From: Azolla caroliniana
Taxonomy: Eukaryota; Plantae; Polypodiophyta
Length of the DNA stretch: 64,000 nt
Reading direction: 5' to 3'
Assembly (NCBI GenBank): GCA_043228905.1
Contig: JBHGNT010000008.1
Coordinates: forward strand, 124,001 to 188,000
Of this stretch, positions 51,401 to 64,000 are shown in pieces. Below the pieces are notes generated by a model. It had not been told where the DNA came from. It did no database searches and worked only from the letters and a program-made list of their open reading frames with translations. Made by a program: the position numbers and the translations under genes. Numbering within the stretch: position 1 is the first letter of the stretch; each line of letters begins with the position of its first letter.

Positions 51401-54400
51401 AACACTAAAATCCGATATCACATGGGCCAGGTATGAACATTTTAATTTACTCTCGGGCTCTTCTCAACTACCTCCTCAAATTGGGTAATTTCTTCATGTC
51501 TCTCGACCTGAGTTTCAAAAGCTTGATTTTTTAATGCCATATCATAGCTCGCATTGTTAGCTTCGATTCGCATATTTGAACACTAAAATCCGATATCACA
51601 TGGGCCAGGTATGAACATTTTAATTTACTCTCGGCCTCTTCTCTACTCCCTCCTCTAATTTGGTAATTTCTTCATGTCTCTCGACCTGAGTTTCAAAACC
51701 TTGATTTTTTAATTCGATATCATAGCTAGACTTGTTAGCTTCGATTCGTATGTTTGAACACTAAAATCCGATATCACATGGGCCAGGTATGAACATTTTA
51801 ATTTACTCTCGGGCTCTTCTCTACTCCCTCCTCTAATTTTGGAATTTCTTCATGTCTCTCGACGTGGGTTTCCAAAGCTTGATTTTTTAATTCCATATCA
51901 TAGGTACCTTTGCTAGCTTTGATTCACATGTTTAAACACTAAAATCCGATATCAGATGGGACAGGTATGAACATTTTAATTTACTCTCGGGCTCTTCTCT
52001 ACTGCCTGCTCTAATTTGGTAATTTCTTCATGTCTCTCGACCTGAGTTTCAAAAGCTTGATTTTTTCATTCCATATCACAGCTAGCCTTGTTAGCTTCGA
52101 TTCGTATGTTTGAACACTAAAATCCGATATCACATGGGCCAGGTATGAACATTTTAATTTACTCTCGGGCTCTTCTCAACTACCTCCTCAAATTGGGTAA
52201 TATCTTCATGTCTCTCGACCTGAGTTTCAAAAGCTTGATTTTTTAATGCCATATCATAACTAGCATTGTTAGCTTCGATTCGCATGTTTGAATACTAAGA
52301 TGCAATATCACATGGGCCAGGTATGAACATTTTAATTTACTCTCGGCCTCTTCTCTACTCCCTCCTCAAATTTGGTAATTTTTCATATCTCTCGACCTGA
52401 GTTTCAAAATCTTGATTTTTTAATTCCATATCATAGCTAGCACTGTTAGATTCCATTCGCATGTTTGAACACTAAAATCCGATATCACATAGGCCAGGTA
52501 TGAACATTTTAATTTACTCTCGGCCTCTTCTCAACCCCCTCCTCAAATTTGGTAATTTCTTCATGTCTCTCGACCTAAGTTTCAAAGGCTTGATTTTTTA
52601 ATTCCATATCATAGGTAGCATTGTTAGCTTCGATTCGCATGTTTGAACACAAAAATCCGATATCACATGGGCCAGGTATGAACATTTTCAAAATCCTTAT
52701 TTTTTACTTCCATATGATAGCTAACATTGTAAGCTTCGATTCAAATGTTTGAACACTAAAATCCGATATCAGATGGGACAGGTATGAACATTTTAATTTA
52801 CTCTCGGGCTCTTCTCAACTCCCTCCTCAAATTTGGTAATTTCTTCATGTCTCTCGACCTGAGTTTCAAAAGCTTGATTTTTTAATTCCATATCATAGGT
52901 AGCATTGTTAGCTTCGATTCGCATGTTTGAACACTAAAATCCAATATCACATTGGCCCAGTTATGAACATTTTAATTTACTCTCGGCCTCTTCTCTACTC
53001 CTTCCTCTAAATTGGTAATTTCTTCATGTCTTTCGACATGAGTTTCAAAATATTGATTTTTTAAGTCCATATCATAGGTAGCATTGTTAGCTTCGATTCG
53101 CATGTTTGAACACTAAAATCCTATATCACATGGGCCAGGTATGAACATTTTAATTTACTCATGCGCTCTTCTCAATCCCTCCTTTAATTTGGTAATTTCT
53201 TCATGTCTCTCGACATGAGTTTCAAAATCTTGATTTTTTAATTCGATATCATAGCTACCGTTGTTAGCTTCGATTCGCATGTTTGAACACTAAAATCCGA
53301 TATCACATGGGCCAGGTATGAACATTTTAATTTACTCTCGGGCTCTTCTCAACTCCCTCCTCAAATTTGGTTATTTCTTCATGTCTCTCGACGTGAGTTT
53401 CAAAAGCTTCATTTTTTAATTCCATATGATAGCTAGCATTGTTAGCTTCAATTCGCATGTTTGAACACAAAAATCCGATATCACATGGGCCAGGTATGAA
53501 CATTTTAATTTACTCTCGGGCTCTTCTTAACTCCCTCCTCTAATTTGGTAATTTCTTCATATCTCTCGACCTGAGTTTCCAAAGCTTGATTTTCTAATGC
53601 CATATCATAGCTAGCATTGTTAGCTTCGATTCGCATGTTTGAACACTCAAATCGGATATCACATGGGCCAGGTATGAACATTTTAATTTACTCTCGGGCT
53701 CTTCTCAACTCCGTCCTCTAATTTGGTAATTTCTTCATATCTCTCGACCTGAGTTTCCAAAGCTTGATTTTCTAATGCCATATCATAGCTAGCATTGTTA
53801 GCTTCGATTCGCATGTTTGAACACTCAAATCCGATATCACATGGGCCAGGTATGCACATTTTAATTTACTCTCGGGCTCTTCTCAACTCCCTCCTCAAAT
53901 TTGGTTATTTCTTTATGTCTCTTGACGTGAGTTTCAAAAGCTTGATTTTTTAATTCCATATCATAGCTAACATTGTTAGATTCGATTCGCCTGTTTGAAC
54001 ACTAAAATCCGATATTCAATGGGCCAGTTATGAACATTCTAATTTACTCTCGGCCTCTTCTCTACTCCTTCCTCTAAATTGGTAATTTCTTCATGTCTTT
54101 CGACATGAGTTTCAAAAGATTGATTTTCTAATGCCATATCATAGCTAGCATTGTTAGCTTCGATTCCAATGTTTGAACACTCAAATCCGATATCACATGG
54201 GCCTGGTATGAACATTTTAATTTACTCTCGGGCTCTTCTCAACTCCCTCCTCAAATTTGGTTATTTCTTCATGTCTCTTGACGTGAGTTTCGAAAGCTTG
54301 ATTTTTTAATTCCATATCATAGGTAGCATTGTTAGCTTCGATTCGCATGTTTGAACACAAAAATCCGATATCACATGGGCCAGGGCTTCGATTCCAATGT

Positions 54401-57400
54401 TTGAACACTCAAATCCGATATCACATGGGCCAGGCATGAACATTTTAATTTACTCTCGGGCTCTTCTCAACTCCCTCCTCAAATTTGGTAATTTCTTCAT
54501 GTCTCTCGACCTGAGTTTTAAAAGCTTGATTTTTTAATTCCATATCATAGGTAGCATTGTTAGCTTCGATTCGCATGTTTGAACACAAAAATCCGATATC
54601 ACATGGGCCAGGTATGAACATTTTAATTTACTCTCGGGCTCTTCTCAACTCCCTCCTCTAATTTTGGAATTTCTTCATGTCTCTCGACCTGAGTTTCAAA
54701 ATCTTGATTTTTGATTTCCATAACATAGCTCGCATTGTTAGCTTCGATTCGCATATTTGAACACTACAATCCGATATCACATGGGCCAGGTATGAACATT
54801 TTAATTTACTCTAGGCCTCTTCTCTACTCCCTCCTCTAATTTGGTAATTTCTTCATGTCTCTCGACCTGAGTTTCAAAACATTGATTTTTTAATTCCATA
54901 TCATAGGTAGCATTGTTAGCTTCGATTTGCATGTTTGAACACTAAAATCCGATATCACATGGGCCAGGTATGAACATTTTAATTTACTCTCGGGCTCGTC
55001 TCAACTCCCTCCTCAAATTTGGAAATTTCTTCATGTCTCTCGACCTGAGTTTCAAAAGCTTCATTTTTTAATTCCATATCATAGGTACCTTTCCTAGCTT
55101 TGATTCACATGTTTAAACACTAAAATCCGATATCAGATGGGACAGGTATGAACATTTTAATTTACTCTCGGGCTCTTCTCTACTGCCTGCTCTAATTTGG
55201 TAATTTCTTCATGTCTCTCGACCTGAGTTTCAAAAGCTTGATTTTGTCATTCCATATCACAGCTAGCCTTGTTAGCTTCGATTCGTATGTTTGAACACTA
55301 AAATCCGATATCACATGGGCCAGGTATGAACATTTTAATTTACTCTCGGGCTCTTCTCAACTACCTCCTCAAATTGGGTAATTTCTTCATATCTCTCGAC
55401 CTGAGTTTCAAAAGCTTGATTTTTTAATGCCATATCATAACTAGCATTGTTAGCTTCGATTCGCATGTTTGAATACTAAGATGCAATATCACATGGGCCA
55501 GGTATGAACATTTTAATTTACTCTCGGCCTCTTCTCTACTCCCTCCTCTAATTTGGTAATTTCTTCATATCTCTCGACCTGAGTTTCAAAATCTTGATTT
55601 CTTAATTCCATATCATAGCTAGCATTGCTAGATTCCATTCGCATGTTTGAACACTAAAATCCGATATCACATAGGCCAGGTATGAACATTTTAATTTACT
55701 CTCGGCCTCTTCTCAACCCCCTCCTCAAATTTGGTAATTTCTTCATGTCTCTCGACCTAAGTTTCAAAGTCTTGATTTTTTAATTCCATATCATAGCTAG
55801 CATTGTGACCTTCGATTCGCATGTTTGAACACTAAAATCCTATATCACATGGGCCAGGTATGAACATTTTAATTTACTCACGCGCTCTTCTCAACTCCCT
55901 CCTCAAATTTGGTAATTTCTTCATATCTCTCGACCTGAGTTTCAAAACCTTGATTTTTTAATTCTATATCATAGCTATCCTTGTTAGCTTCGATTCGCAT
56001 GTTTGAACACTAAAATTCGATATCACATGGGCCAGGTATGAACATTTTAATTTACTCTCGGGCTCTTCTCTACTCCCTCCTCTAATTTGGGAATTTCTTC
56101 ATTTCTCTCGACCTTAGTTTCAAAATCTTGATTTTCGAATTCCATAACATAGCTCGCATTGTTATCTTCGATTCGCATATTCGAACACTAAAATCCGATA
56201 TCACATGGGCCAGGTATGAACATTTTAATTTACTCTCGGGCTCTTCTCTCCTCCCTCCTCTAATTTTGGAATTTCTTCATGTCTCTCGACTTGAGTTTGA
56301 AAATCTTGATTTTTTAACTCCATATCATAGCTAGCATTGTTAGATTCGATTAGCCTGTTTGAACACTAAAATCCGATATTCAATGGGCCAGTTATGAACA
56401 TTTTAATTTACTCTCGGCCTCTTCTCTACTCCTTCCTCTAATTTGGTAATTTCTTCATGTCTTTCGACATGAGTTTCAAAAGATTGATTTTTTAACTCCA
56501 TATCATAGGTAGCATTGTTAGCTTTGATTCGCATGTTTGAACACTAAAATCCTATATCACATGGGCCAGGTATGAACATTTTAATTTACTCATGCGCTCT
56601 TCTCAATCCCTCCTTTAATTTGGTAATTTCTTCATGTCTCTCGACATGAGTTCCAAAATCTTGATTTTTTCATTCCATATCATAGCTACCGTTGTTAGCT
56701 TCGATTCGCATGTTTGAACCCTAAAATCCGATATCACATGGGCCAGGTATGAACATTTTAATTTACTCTCGGGCTCTTCTCAACTCCCTCCTCAAATTTG
56801 GTTATTTCTACATGTCTCTCGACCTGAGTTTCAAAAGCTTGATTTTTGAATTCCATATCATAGGTAGATTTGCTAGCTTCGATTCGCATGTTTGAACACT
56901 AAAATCCGATATCATATGGGCCAGGTATGAACATTTTAATTTACTCATGCGCTCTTCTCAATCCCTCCTTTAATTTGATAATTTCTTCATGTCTCTCGAC
57001 CTGAGTTTCAAAACATTGATTTTTTAATTCCATATCATAGCTAGCATTGTTAGCTTCGATTCCCATGTTTGAACACTAAAATCCGATATCACATGGGCCA
57101 GGTATGAACATTTTAATTTACTCTCGGGCTCTTCTCAATCCCTCCTCTAATTTTGTAATTTCTTCATGTCTCTCGACCTGAGTTTGAAAATCGTGATTTT
57201 TTAATTCCATATCATAGCTAGCATTGTTAGATTCGATTCGCCTGTTTGAACACTAAAATCCGATATTCAATGGGCCAGTTATGAACATTTTAATTTACTC
57301 TCGGCCTCTTCTCAATCCCTCCTCTAATTTGGTAATTTCTTCATGTCTCTCGACCTGAGTTTCAAAACATTGTTTTTTTAATTCCATATCATAGCTAGCA

Positions 57401-60400
57401 TTGTTAGCTTCGATTCCCATGTTTGAACACTAAAATCCGATATCACATGGGCCAGGTATGAACATTTTAATTTACTCTCGGGCTCTTCTCTACTCCCTCC
57501 TCTAATTTGGTAATTTCTTCATGTCTCTCGACCTGAGTTTCAAAATCTTGATTTTTTAATTCCATATCATAGCTAGCATTGTTAGATTCGATTAGCCTGT
57601 TTGAACACTAAAATCCGATATTCAATGGGCCAGTTATGAACATTTCAATTTACTCTCGGCCTCTTCTCTACTCCTTCCTCTAATTTGGTAATTTCTTCAT
57701 GTCTTTGGACATGAGTTTCAAAAGATTGATTTTTTAAGTCCATATCATAGGTAGCATTGTTAGCTTTGATTCGCATGTTTGAACACTAAAATCCTATATC
57801 ACATGGGCCAGGTATGAACATTTTAATTTACTCATGCGCTCTTCTCAATCCCTCCTTTAATTTGGTAATTTCTTCATGTCTCTCGACATGAGTTTCAAAA
57901 TCTTGATTTTTTAACTCCATATCATAGCTACCGTTGTTAGCTTCGATTCGCATGTTTGAACACTAAAATCCGATATCACATGGACCAGGTATGAACATTT
58001 TAATTTACTCTCGGGCTCTTCTCAACTCCCTCCTCAACTTTGGTTATTTCTTCATGTCTCTCAACGTGAGTTTCAAAATTCTTATTTTTTACTTTTATAT
58101 GATAGCTAACATTGTAAGCTTCGATTCAAATGTTTGAACACTAAAATCCGATATCACATGGGACAGCTATGAACATTTTAGTTTGATCTCGGGCTCTTCT
58201 CAACTCCCTCCTCAAATTTGGTAATTTCTTCATGTCTCTCGACCTGAGTTTCAAAAGCTTCATTTTTCAATTCCATATCATAGATAGCATTGTTAGCTTC
58301 GATTCGCATGTTTGAACACAAAAATCCGATATCACATGGGCCAGGTATGAACATTTTAATTTACTCTCGGGCTCTTCTCAACTCCCTCCTCTAATTTGGT
58401 AATTTCTTCATATCTATCGACCTGAGTTTCCAAAGCTTGATTTTCTAATGCCATATCATAGCTAGCATTGTTAGCTTCGATTCGCATGTTTGAACACTCA
58501 AATCCGATATCACATTGGCCAGGTATGAACATTTTAATTTACTCTCGGGCTCTGGTCAACTCCCTCCTCAAATTTGCTTATTTCTTCATGTCTCTTGACG
58601 TGAGTTTCAAAAGCTTGTTTTTTGAATTCCATATCATAGGTAGCTTTGCTAGCTTCGATTCGCAAGTTTGAACACTAAAATCCAATATCACATGGGACAG
58701 GTATGAACATTTTAATTTAATCTCGGGCTCTTCTCAACTCCCTCCTCAAATTTGGTAATTTTTCATGTCTCTCGACCTGAGTTTCGAAATCTTGATTTTT
58801 GATTTCCATAACATAGCTCGCATTGTTAGCTTCGATTCGCATATTTGAACACTAAAATCCGATATCACATGGGCCAGGTATGAACATTTTAATTTACTCT
58901 CGGCCTCTTCTCTACTTCCCTCCTCTAATTTGGTAATTTCCTCATGTCTCTCGACCTGAGTTTCAAAACCTTGATTTTTTAATTCGATATCATAGCTAGA
59001 CTTGTTAGCTTCAATTCGTATGTTTGAACACTAAAATCCGATATCACATGGGCCAGGTATGAACATTTTAATTTACTCTCGGGCTCTTCTCTAGTCCCTC
59101 CTCTAATTTTGGAATTTCTTCATGTCTCTCGACCTGAGTTTGAAAATCTTGATTTTTTAATTCCATATCATAGCTAGCATTGTTAGATTCGATTAGCCTA
59201 TTTGAACACTAAAATCCGATATTCAAGGGGCCAGTTATGAACATTTTAATTTACTCTCGGCCTCTTCTCGACTCCTTCCTCTAATTTGGTAATTTCTTCA
59301 TGTCTTTTGACATGAATTTCAAAAGATTGATTTTTTAAGTCCATATCATAGGTAGCATTGTTAGCTTCGATTCGCATGTTTGAACACTAAAATCCTATAT
59401 CACATGGGCCAGGTATGAACATTGTAATTTACTCATGCGCTCTTCTCAATCCCTCCTTTAATTTGGTAATTTCTTCATGTCTCTCGACATGAGTTTCAAA
59501 ATCTTGATTTTTTAATTCCATATCATAGCTACCGTTGTTAGCTTCCATTCGCATGTTTGAACACTAAAATCCGATATCACATGGGCCAGGTATGAACATT
59601 TTAATATACTCTCGGGCTCTTCTCAACTCCCTCCTCAAATTTGGTTATCTCTTCATGTCTCTCAACGTAAGTTTCAAAATTCTTATTTTGTACTTCCATA
59701 TGATAGCTAACATTGTAAGCTTCGATTCAAATGTTTGAACACTAAAATCCGATATCACATGGGACAGGTATGAACATTTTAATATGATCTCGAGCTATTC
59801 TCAACTCCCTCCTCAAATTTGGTAATTTCTTAATGTCTCTCGACCTGAGTTTCAAAAGCTTCATTTTTCCATTCCATATCATAGGTAGCATTGTTAGCTT
59901 CTATTCGCATGTTTGAACACAAAAATCCGATATCAAATGGGCCACGTATGAACATTTTAATTTACTCTCGGGCTCTTCTCAACTCCCTCCTCTAATTTGG
60001 TAATTTCTTCATATCTCTCGACCTGAGATTCCAAAGCTTGATTTTCTAATGCCATATCATAGCTAGCATTGTTAGCTTCGATTCGCATGTTTGAACACTA
60101 AAATCCGATATCGCTTGGGCCAGGTATGAACATTTTAATTTACTCTCGGGCTCTTCTCAACTCCCTCCTCAAATTTGGTTATTTCTACATGTCTCTCGAC
60201 CTGAGTTTCAAAATCTTGATTTTTGAATTCCATATCATAGGTAGCTTTGCTAGCTTGGATTCGCATGTTTGAACACTAAAATCCGATATCACATGGGCCA
60301 GGTATGAACATTTTAATTTACTCTCGGGCTCTTGTCAACTCCCTCCTCAAATTTGGTTATTTCTTCATGGCTCTTGACGAGAGTTTCAAAAGCTTGTTTT

Positions 60401-61439
60401 TTGAATTCCATATCATAGGTAGCTTTGCTAGCTTCGATTCGCAAGTTTGAACACTAAAATCCAATATCACATGGGACAGGTATGAACATTTTAATTTACT
60501 CTCGGGCTCTTCTCAACTCCCTCCTCAAATTTGGTAATTTTTCATGTCTCTCGACCTGAGTTTCGAAATCTTGATTTTTGATTTCCATAACATAGCTCGC
60601 ATTGTTAGCTTCGATTCGCATATTTGAACACTAAAATCCGATATCACATGGGCCAGGTATGAACATTTTAATTTACTCTCGACCTCTTCTCTACTTCCCT
60701 CCTCTAATTTGGAAATTTCTTCATGTCTCTCGACCTGAGTTTCAAAACCGATTCGCATATTCGAACACTAAAATTCGAACACTAAAATCCGATATCACAT
60801 GGGCCAGGTATGAACATTTTAATTTACTCTCGGGCTCTTCTCTACTCCCTCCTCTAATTTTGGAATTTCTTCATGTCTCTCGACTTGAGTTTGAAAATCT
60901 TGATTTTTTAACTCCATATCATAGCTAGCATTGTTAGATTCGATTAGCCTGTTTGAACACTAAAATCCGATATTCAATGGGCCAGTTATGAACATTTTAA
61001 TTTACTCTCGGCCTCTTCTCTACTCCTTCCTCTAATTTGGTAATTTCTTCATGTCTTTCGACATGAGTTTCAAAAGATTGATTTTTTAACTCCATATCAT
61101 AGGTAGCATTGTTAGCTTTGATTCGCATGATTGAACACTAAAATCCTATATCACATGGGCCAGGTATGAACATTTTAATTTACTCATGCGCTCTTCTCAA
61201 TCCCTCCTTTAATTTGGTAATTTCTTCATGTCTCTCGACATGAGTTCCAAAATCTTGATTTTTTAATTCCATATCATAGCTACCGTTGTTAGCTTCGATT
61301 CGCATGTTTGAACACTAAAATCCGATATCACATGGGCCAGGTATGAACATTTTAATTTACTCTCGGGCTCTTCTCAACTCCCTCCTCAAATTTGGTAATT
61401 TCTTTATGTCTCTCAACCTGAGTTTCAAAATCTTGATTT

Positions 61440-63570
61440 TTGAATTCCATATCATAGGTAGCTTTGCTAGCTTCGATTCGCATGTTTGAACACTAAAATC
61501 CGATATCACATGGGCCAGGTATGAACATTTTAATTTACTCATGCGCTCTTCTCAATCCCTCCTTTAATTTGGTAATTTCTTCATGTCTCTCGACCTGAGT
61601 TTCAAAACATTGATTTTTTAATTCCATATCATATCTAGCATTGTTAGCTTCGATTCCCATGTTTGAACACTAAAATCCGATATCACATGGGCCAGGTATG
61701 AACATTTTAATTTACTCTCGGGCTCTTCTCAATCCCTCCTCTAATTTTGTAATTTCTTCATGTCTCTCGACCTGAGTTTCAAAATCTTGATTTTTTAATT
61801 CCATATCATAGCTAGCATTGTTAGATTCGATTCGCCTGTTTGAACACTAAAATCCGATATTCAATGGGCCAGTTATGAACATTTTAATTTACTCTCGGCC
61901 TCTTCTCAATCCCTCCTTTAATTTGGTAATTTCTTCATGTCTCTCGACCTGAGTTTCAAAACATTGATTTCTTAATTCCATATCATAGCTAGCATTGTTA
62001 GCTTCGATTCCCATGTTTGAACACTAAAATCCGATATCACATGGGCCAGGTATGAACATTTTAATTTACTCTCGGGCTCTTCTCTACTCCCTCCTCTAAT
62101 TTGGTAATTTCTTCATGTCTCTCGACCTGAGTTTCAAAATCTTGATTTTTTAATTCCATATCATAGCTAGCATTGTTAGATTCGATTAGCCTGTTTGAAC
62201 ACTAAAATCCGATATTCAATGGGCCAGTTATGAACATTTCAATTTACTCTCGGCCTCTTCTCTACTCCTTCCTCTAATTTGGTAATTTCTTCATGTCTTT
62301 GGACATGAGTTTCAAAAGATTGATTTTTTAAGTCCATATCATAGGTAGCATTGTTAGCTTTGATTCGCATGTTTGAACACTAAAATCCGATATCACATGG
62401 GCCAGGTATGAACATTTTAATTTACTCATGCGCTCTTCTCAATCCCTCCTTTAATTTGGTAATTTCTTCATGTCTCTCGACATGAGTTTCAAAATCTTGA
62501 TTTTTTAATTCCATATCATAGGTAGCTTTGCTAGCTTCGATTCGCATGTTTGAACACTAAAATCCGATATCACATGGGCCAGGTATGAACATTTTAATTT
62601 ACTCATGCGCTCTTCTCAATCCCTCCTTTAATTTGGTAATTTCTTCATGTCTCTCGACCTGAGTTTCAAAACATTGATTTTTTAATTCCATATCATATCT
62701 AGCATTGTTAGCTTCGATTCCCATGTTTGAACACTAAAATCCGATATCACATGGGCCAGGTATGAACATTTTAATTTACTCTCGGGCTCTTCTCAATCCC
62801 TCCTCTAATTTTGTAATTTCTTCATGTCTCTCGACCTGAGTTTCAAAATCTTGATTTTTTAATTCCATATCATAGCTAGCATTGTTAGATTCGATTCGCC
62901 TGTTTGAACACTAAAATCCGATATTCAATGGGCCAGTTATGAACATTTTAATTTACTCTCGGCCTCTTCTCAATCCCTCCTTTAATTTGGTAATTTCTTC
63001 ATGTCTCTCGACCTGAGTTTCAAAACATTGATTTTTTAATTCCATATCATAGCTAGCATTGTTAGCTTCGATTCCCATGTTTGAACACTAAAATCCGATA
63101 TCACATGGGCCAGGTATGAACATTTTAATTTACTCTCGGGCTCTTCTCTACTCCCTCCTCTAATTTGGTAATTTCTTCATGTCTCTGGACCTGAGTTTCA
63201 AAATCTTGATTTTTTAATTCCATATCATAGCTAGCATTGTTAGATTCGATTAGCCTGTTTGAACACTAAAATCCGATATTCAATGAGCCAGTTATGAACA
63301 TTTCAATTTACTCTCGGCCTCTTCTCTACTCCTTCCTCTAATTTGGTAATTTCTTCATGTCTTTCGACATGAGTTTCAAAAGATTGATTTTTTAAGTCCA
63401 TATCATAGGTAGCATTGTTAGCTTTGATTCGCATGTTTGAACACTAAAATCCTATATCACATGGGCGAGGTATGAACATTTTAATTTACTCATGCGCTCT
63501 TCTCAATCCCTCCTTTAATTTGGTAATTTCTTCATGTCTCTCGACATGAGTTTCAAAATCTTGATTTTTT
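61440..63570 (-). repeat. Tandem duplication of a 1064-bp (6-monomer) unit
   Basis: ATATCTAGC is at 61631 and 62695; ATGCGCTC is at 61541 and 62605. Confidence 0.85.
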
Positions 63571-64000
63571 AATTCCATATCATAGCTACCGTTGTTAGCT
63601 TCGATTCGCATGTTTGAACACTAAAATCCGATATCACATGGACCAGGTATGAACATTTTAATTTACTCTCGGGCTCTTCTCAACTCCCTCCTCAACTTTG
63701 GTTATTTCTTCATGTCTCTCAACGTGAGTTTCAAAATTCTTATTTTTTACTTCCATATGATAGCTAACATTGTAAGCTTCGATTCAAATGTTTGAACACT
63801 AAAATCCGATATCACATGGGACAGCTATGAACATTTTAATTTGATCTCGGGCTCTTCTCAACTCCCTCCTCAAATTTGGTAATTTCTTCATGTCTCTCGA
63901 CCTGAGTTTCAAAAGCTTCATTTTTCAATTCCATATCATAGGTAGCATTGTTAGCTTCGATTCGCATGTTTGAACACAAAAATCCGATATCACATGGGCC

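Larger units (their letters stand above)
29006..64000 (-). repeat. Same 178-bp satellite in inverted orientation, ~197 copies
   Basis: From 29006 on, every monomer is the reverse complement (GGTATGAACATTTTAATTTACTCTCGGGCTCTTCTCAACTCCCTCCTC...). The same pseudo-ORFs switch strand (22384..22572 minus vs 36761..36949 plus). Confidence 0.98.

Noticed and set aside
326-61542. All ORFs in the six-frame track (60-101 aa, such as MLASIRMFEHS..., MEVKNKDFES..., MRIEANNGSY...)
   Set aside because: They are translations of 1-2 satellite monomers, opened or closed by single SNPs and 1-bp indels. The 178-bp period is not a multiple of 3, and there are no recognisable domains.
1-64000. CRISPR array
   Set aside because: There are no unique spacers; the entire 178-bp unit repeats, and no cas genes are present.
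1-64000. Arabidopsis thaliana CEN178/CEN180 or primate alpha satellite
   Set aside because: The length is similar, but the sequence does not resemble those consensus sequences as I recall them. This was not checked by alignment.

Overview
The whole 64 kb window is a non-coding tandem satellite array of a ~178-bp monomer (~360 copies), probably plant centromeric or subtelomeric heterochromatin; I cannot name the species or family. There are no credible genes, and all listed ORFs are translations of the repeat. The array switches strand at ~28,985-29,006, and the two halves are mirror images: private variants and repair scars reappear in reverse complement in broadly mirrored order. A plant-type telomere tract (CCCTAAA)3+CCCT sits at the inversion point, and a second, oppositely oriented tract (TTTAGGG)2 lies at 34,546-34,559. 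Together they bracket a 5.58-kb satellite segment oriented like a linear fragment capped by telomerase at both ends, and both tracts join the satellite at the same 9-bp monomer motif (CCTGAGTTT/AAACTCAGG). The array also carries many microhomology deletions, templated insertions resembling polymerase theta end joining, and recent higher-order duplications (712, 864x3, 1064, 1409, 2311 bp). All coordinates and alignments were read by eye.
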